Positions 31,093 to 32,000 of a stretch of DNA of 32,000 nt are shown piece after piece. Below the pieces are notes generated by a model. The model did not search any database and had not been told where the DNA came from. It saw nothing but the letters and a program-made list of their open reading frames with translations. Made by a program: the position numbers and the translations under genes. The stretch is taken from contig CBDCNV010000002.1 of NCBI GenBank assembly GCA_965219535.1, forward strand, positions 1,230,001-1,262,000, in the 5' to 3' direction. How positions within the stretch are numbered: the first letter of the stretch is position 1; each line of letters begins with the position of its first letter. This DNA comes from Opitutales bacterium (GTDB lineage: Bacteria > Verrucomicrobiota > Verrucomicrobiia > Opitutales > PNEW01).

Positions 31093-31110
31093 TGTATCAA
31101 ACGATGTTTG

Positions 31111-31138
31111 AGTGTTAGGTGTTAAGTTTTAGGTTTTA
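31111..31138. repeat. Heptamer array (RGTKTTA)x4, inverted relative to 11644-11670 and 15554-15580
   Basis: agtgtta ggtgtta agtttta ggtttta. Confidence 0.8.
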
Positions 31139-31186
31139 ATTAGATTCTAAATAAAATGGCTATTGTCATTAATAGATTTTATTAAT

Positions 31187-31261
31187 TGTCATTGCGCCTG
31201 CCGGCCATAGCCTTGACGACGGATGAAGAATCATGCAATTGCGGGAGCCGCGGCAATCCAG
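31187..31261. repeat. Partial D-family element interrupted by a B element (second copy at 31510-31584)
   Basis: tgtcattgcg[cctgccggccatagccttgacgacggatg]aagaatcatgcaattgcgggagccgcggcaatccag. Confidence 0.7.
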
Positions 31262-31349
31262 AAAGTTATAATACCCTTACTCAGAACGATTAACCCTAAG
31301 ATGTAAACCTAACACGGTCTTGTGCGCCTTAGCGTGTCAGTACTCTTCC

Positions 31350-31381
31350 CTTTTGACATTTTGACGTTTTGACCTTTTGAC
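31350..31381. repeat. Octamer array (NTTTTGAC)x4 (copy 1 of the duplication)
   Basis: cttttgac attttgac gttttgac cttttgac. Confidence 0.95.
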
Positions 31382-31672
31382 TAAAGTTAATCGAAAATGA
31401 GCTCTGACGATCAAACCACCTACCCCGATGAAGAGGCGCGCTGCCGATTCTGGACGGAGCATATGGATCGCGGCTACGATGGCTATTGTCATTAATAGAT
31501 TTTATTAATTGTCATTGCGCCTGCCGGCCATAGCCTTGACGACGGATGAAGAATCATGCAATTGCGGGAGCCGCGGCAATCCAGAAAGTTATAATACCCT
31601 TACTCAGAACGATTAACCCTAAGATGTAAACCTAACACGGTCTTGTGCGCCTTAGCGTGTCAGTACTCTTCC

Positions 31673-31704
31673 CTTTTGACATTTTGACGTTTTGACCTTT
31701 TGAC
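31673..31704. repeat. Octamer array (NTTTTGAC)x4 (copy 2), ending 15 nt before ATG 31720
   Basis: Identical to 31350-31381. Confidence 0.95.
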
Positions 31705-31719
31705 TAAAGTTAATCGAAA

Positions 31720-32000
31720 ATGAGCTCTGACGATCAAACCACCTACCCCGATGAAGAGGCGCGCTGCCGATTCTGGACGGAGCATATGGATCGCGGCTAC
31801 GAGCTGGTTCAGTCTATGGCAAAGTACGAGGTCAATGAGTGTGGCGAGGGCGTGGTTTCAATTCCGGAAGCAGCTGAGAAAGCAGGGGTAAAAATGCTTT
31901 TTTCTGAAACTAAAATTGCCGGTAACCTGGATCGGATATATGTTATCCGTGAGAGTATCATGCCGGACCTCCTGGCGATCGCGCTTGATATGAAAGAGCG
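31720..32000 (+). CDS. Hypothetical protein, 5' fragment (runs off the window)
   Basis: It is not in the ORF track because no stop is reached. ATG 31720 opens a frame that stays open to nt 32000: MSSDDQTTYPDEEARCRFWTEHMDRGYELVQSMAKYEVNECGEGVVSIPEAAEKAGVKMLFSETKIAGNLDRIYVIRESIMPDLLAIALDMKE. It shares its leader (ATCGAAAATG) and octamer array with the gene at 25779. I cannot assign a family. Confidence 0.6.
   Translation, partial: MSSDDQTTYPDEEARCRFWTEHMDRGYELVQSMAKYEVNECGEGVVSIPEAAEKAGVKMLFSETKIAGNLDRIYVIRESIMPDLLAIALDMKE

Larger units (their letters stand above)
31156..31802 (+). repeat. Perfect tandem duplication, 2 x 323 bp (+1 shared base)
   Basis: By my base-by-base reading, sequence[i] equals sequence[i+323] for every i from 31156 to 31479. 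Each unit contains a partial D element with a B insert, an octamer array, the leader, and the first 82 nt of the downstream CDS. Confidence 0.95.

Noticed and set aside
31397-31495. A 32-aa ORF (MSSDDQ...GYDGYCH) considered as a genuine small protein gene.
   Set aside because: It is simply the duplicated 5' end of the gene at 31720, running into the duplication junction. It is meaningful only if the duplication is real, and even then it is a by-product.

Overview
A 32-kb bacterial chromosomal window with moderate GC by eye. Almost all start codons lack a Shine-Dalgarno sequence, and the phylum cannot be fixed from sequence alone. I support 18 intact or partial protein genes, one frameshifted paralogue and one IS481-family insertion sequence.

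Coding content falls into four groups:
- 1-11.3 kb, a catabolic neighbourhood: an ABC importer with its solute-binding domain fused to its permease, a tandem FAH-fold protein, a DapA-family lyase, and the operon hydantoinase B - hydantoinase A - FAD oxidoreductase.
- 11.6-17.9 kb: two tandem paralogues of a secreted Ig-like-domain protein. An IS481-like element separates them, and the second copy carries two frameshifts.
- 18.2-22.8 kb: a 76-aa three-TM protein resembling half of PnuC, a CocE/NonD-type hydrolase, an enolase-superfamily enzyme and a small P-loop kinase.
- 23-31 kb: a cluster bracketed by two paralogous uncharacterised proteins of about 398 aa. It holds an amidohydrolase-2 (lactonase-like) gene, an MhpD-type hydratase and two tandem membrane di-iron desaturase-like genes. 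A 5' gene fragment follows at the window edge.

The most unusual feature is non-coding. Nearly every intergenic gap is built from a hierarchy of repeats:
- A long-stem palindrome (A family, 9 copies) lies 35-100 nt downstream of stop codons.
- A roughly 30-nt element (B) is inserted site- and orientation-specifically into A arms, including one filled-versus-empty pair of sites.
- Hexamer-array inverted repeats wrap A into 190-450-bp composite hairpin modules.
- A TGTCATTGCGAGG-ended MITE-like family (D) is present.
- At least six different heptamer or octamer short tandem repeat arrays abut start or stop codons.

A perfect 323-bp tandem duplication at 31.2-31.8 kb may be real or an assembly artefact. 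I found no CRISPR array, tRNA, rRNA or recognisable defence system. All functional calls rest on motif recognition by eye and need database confirmation.
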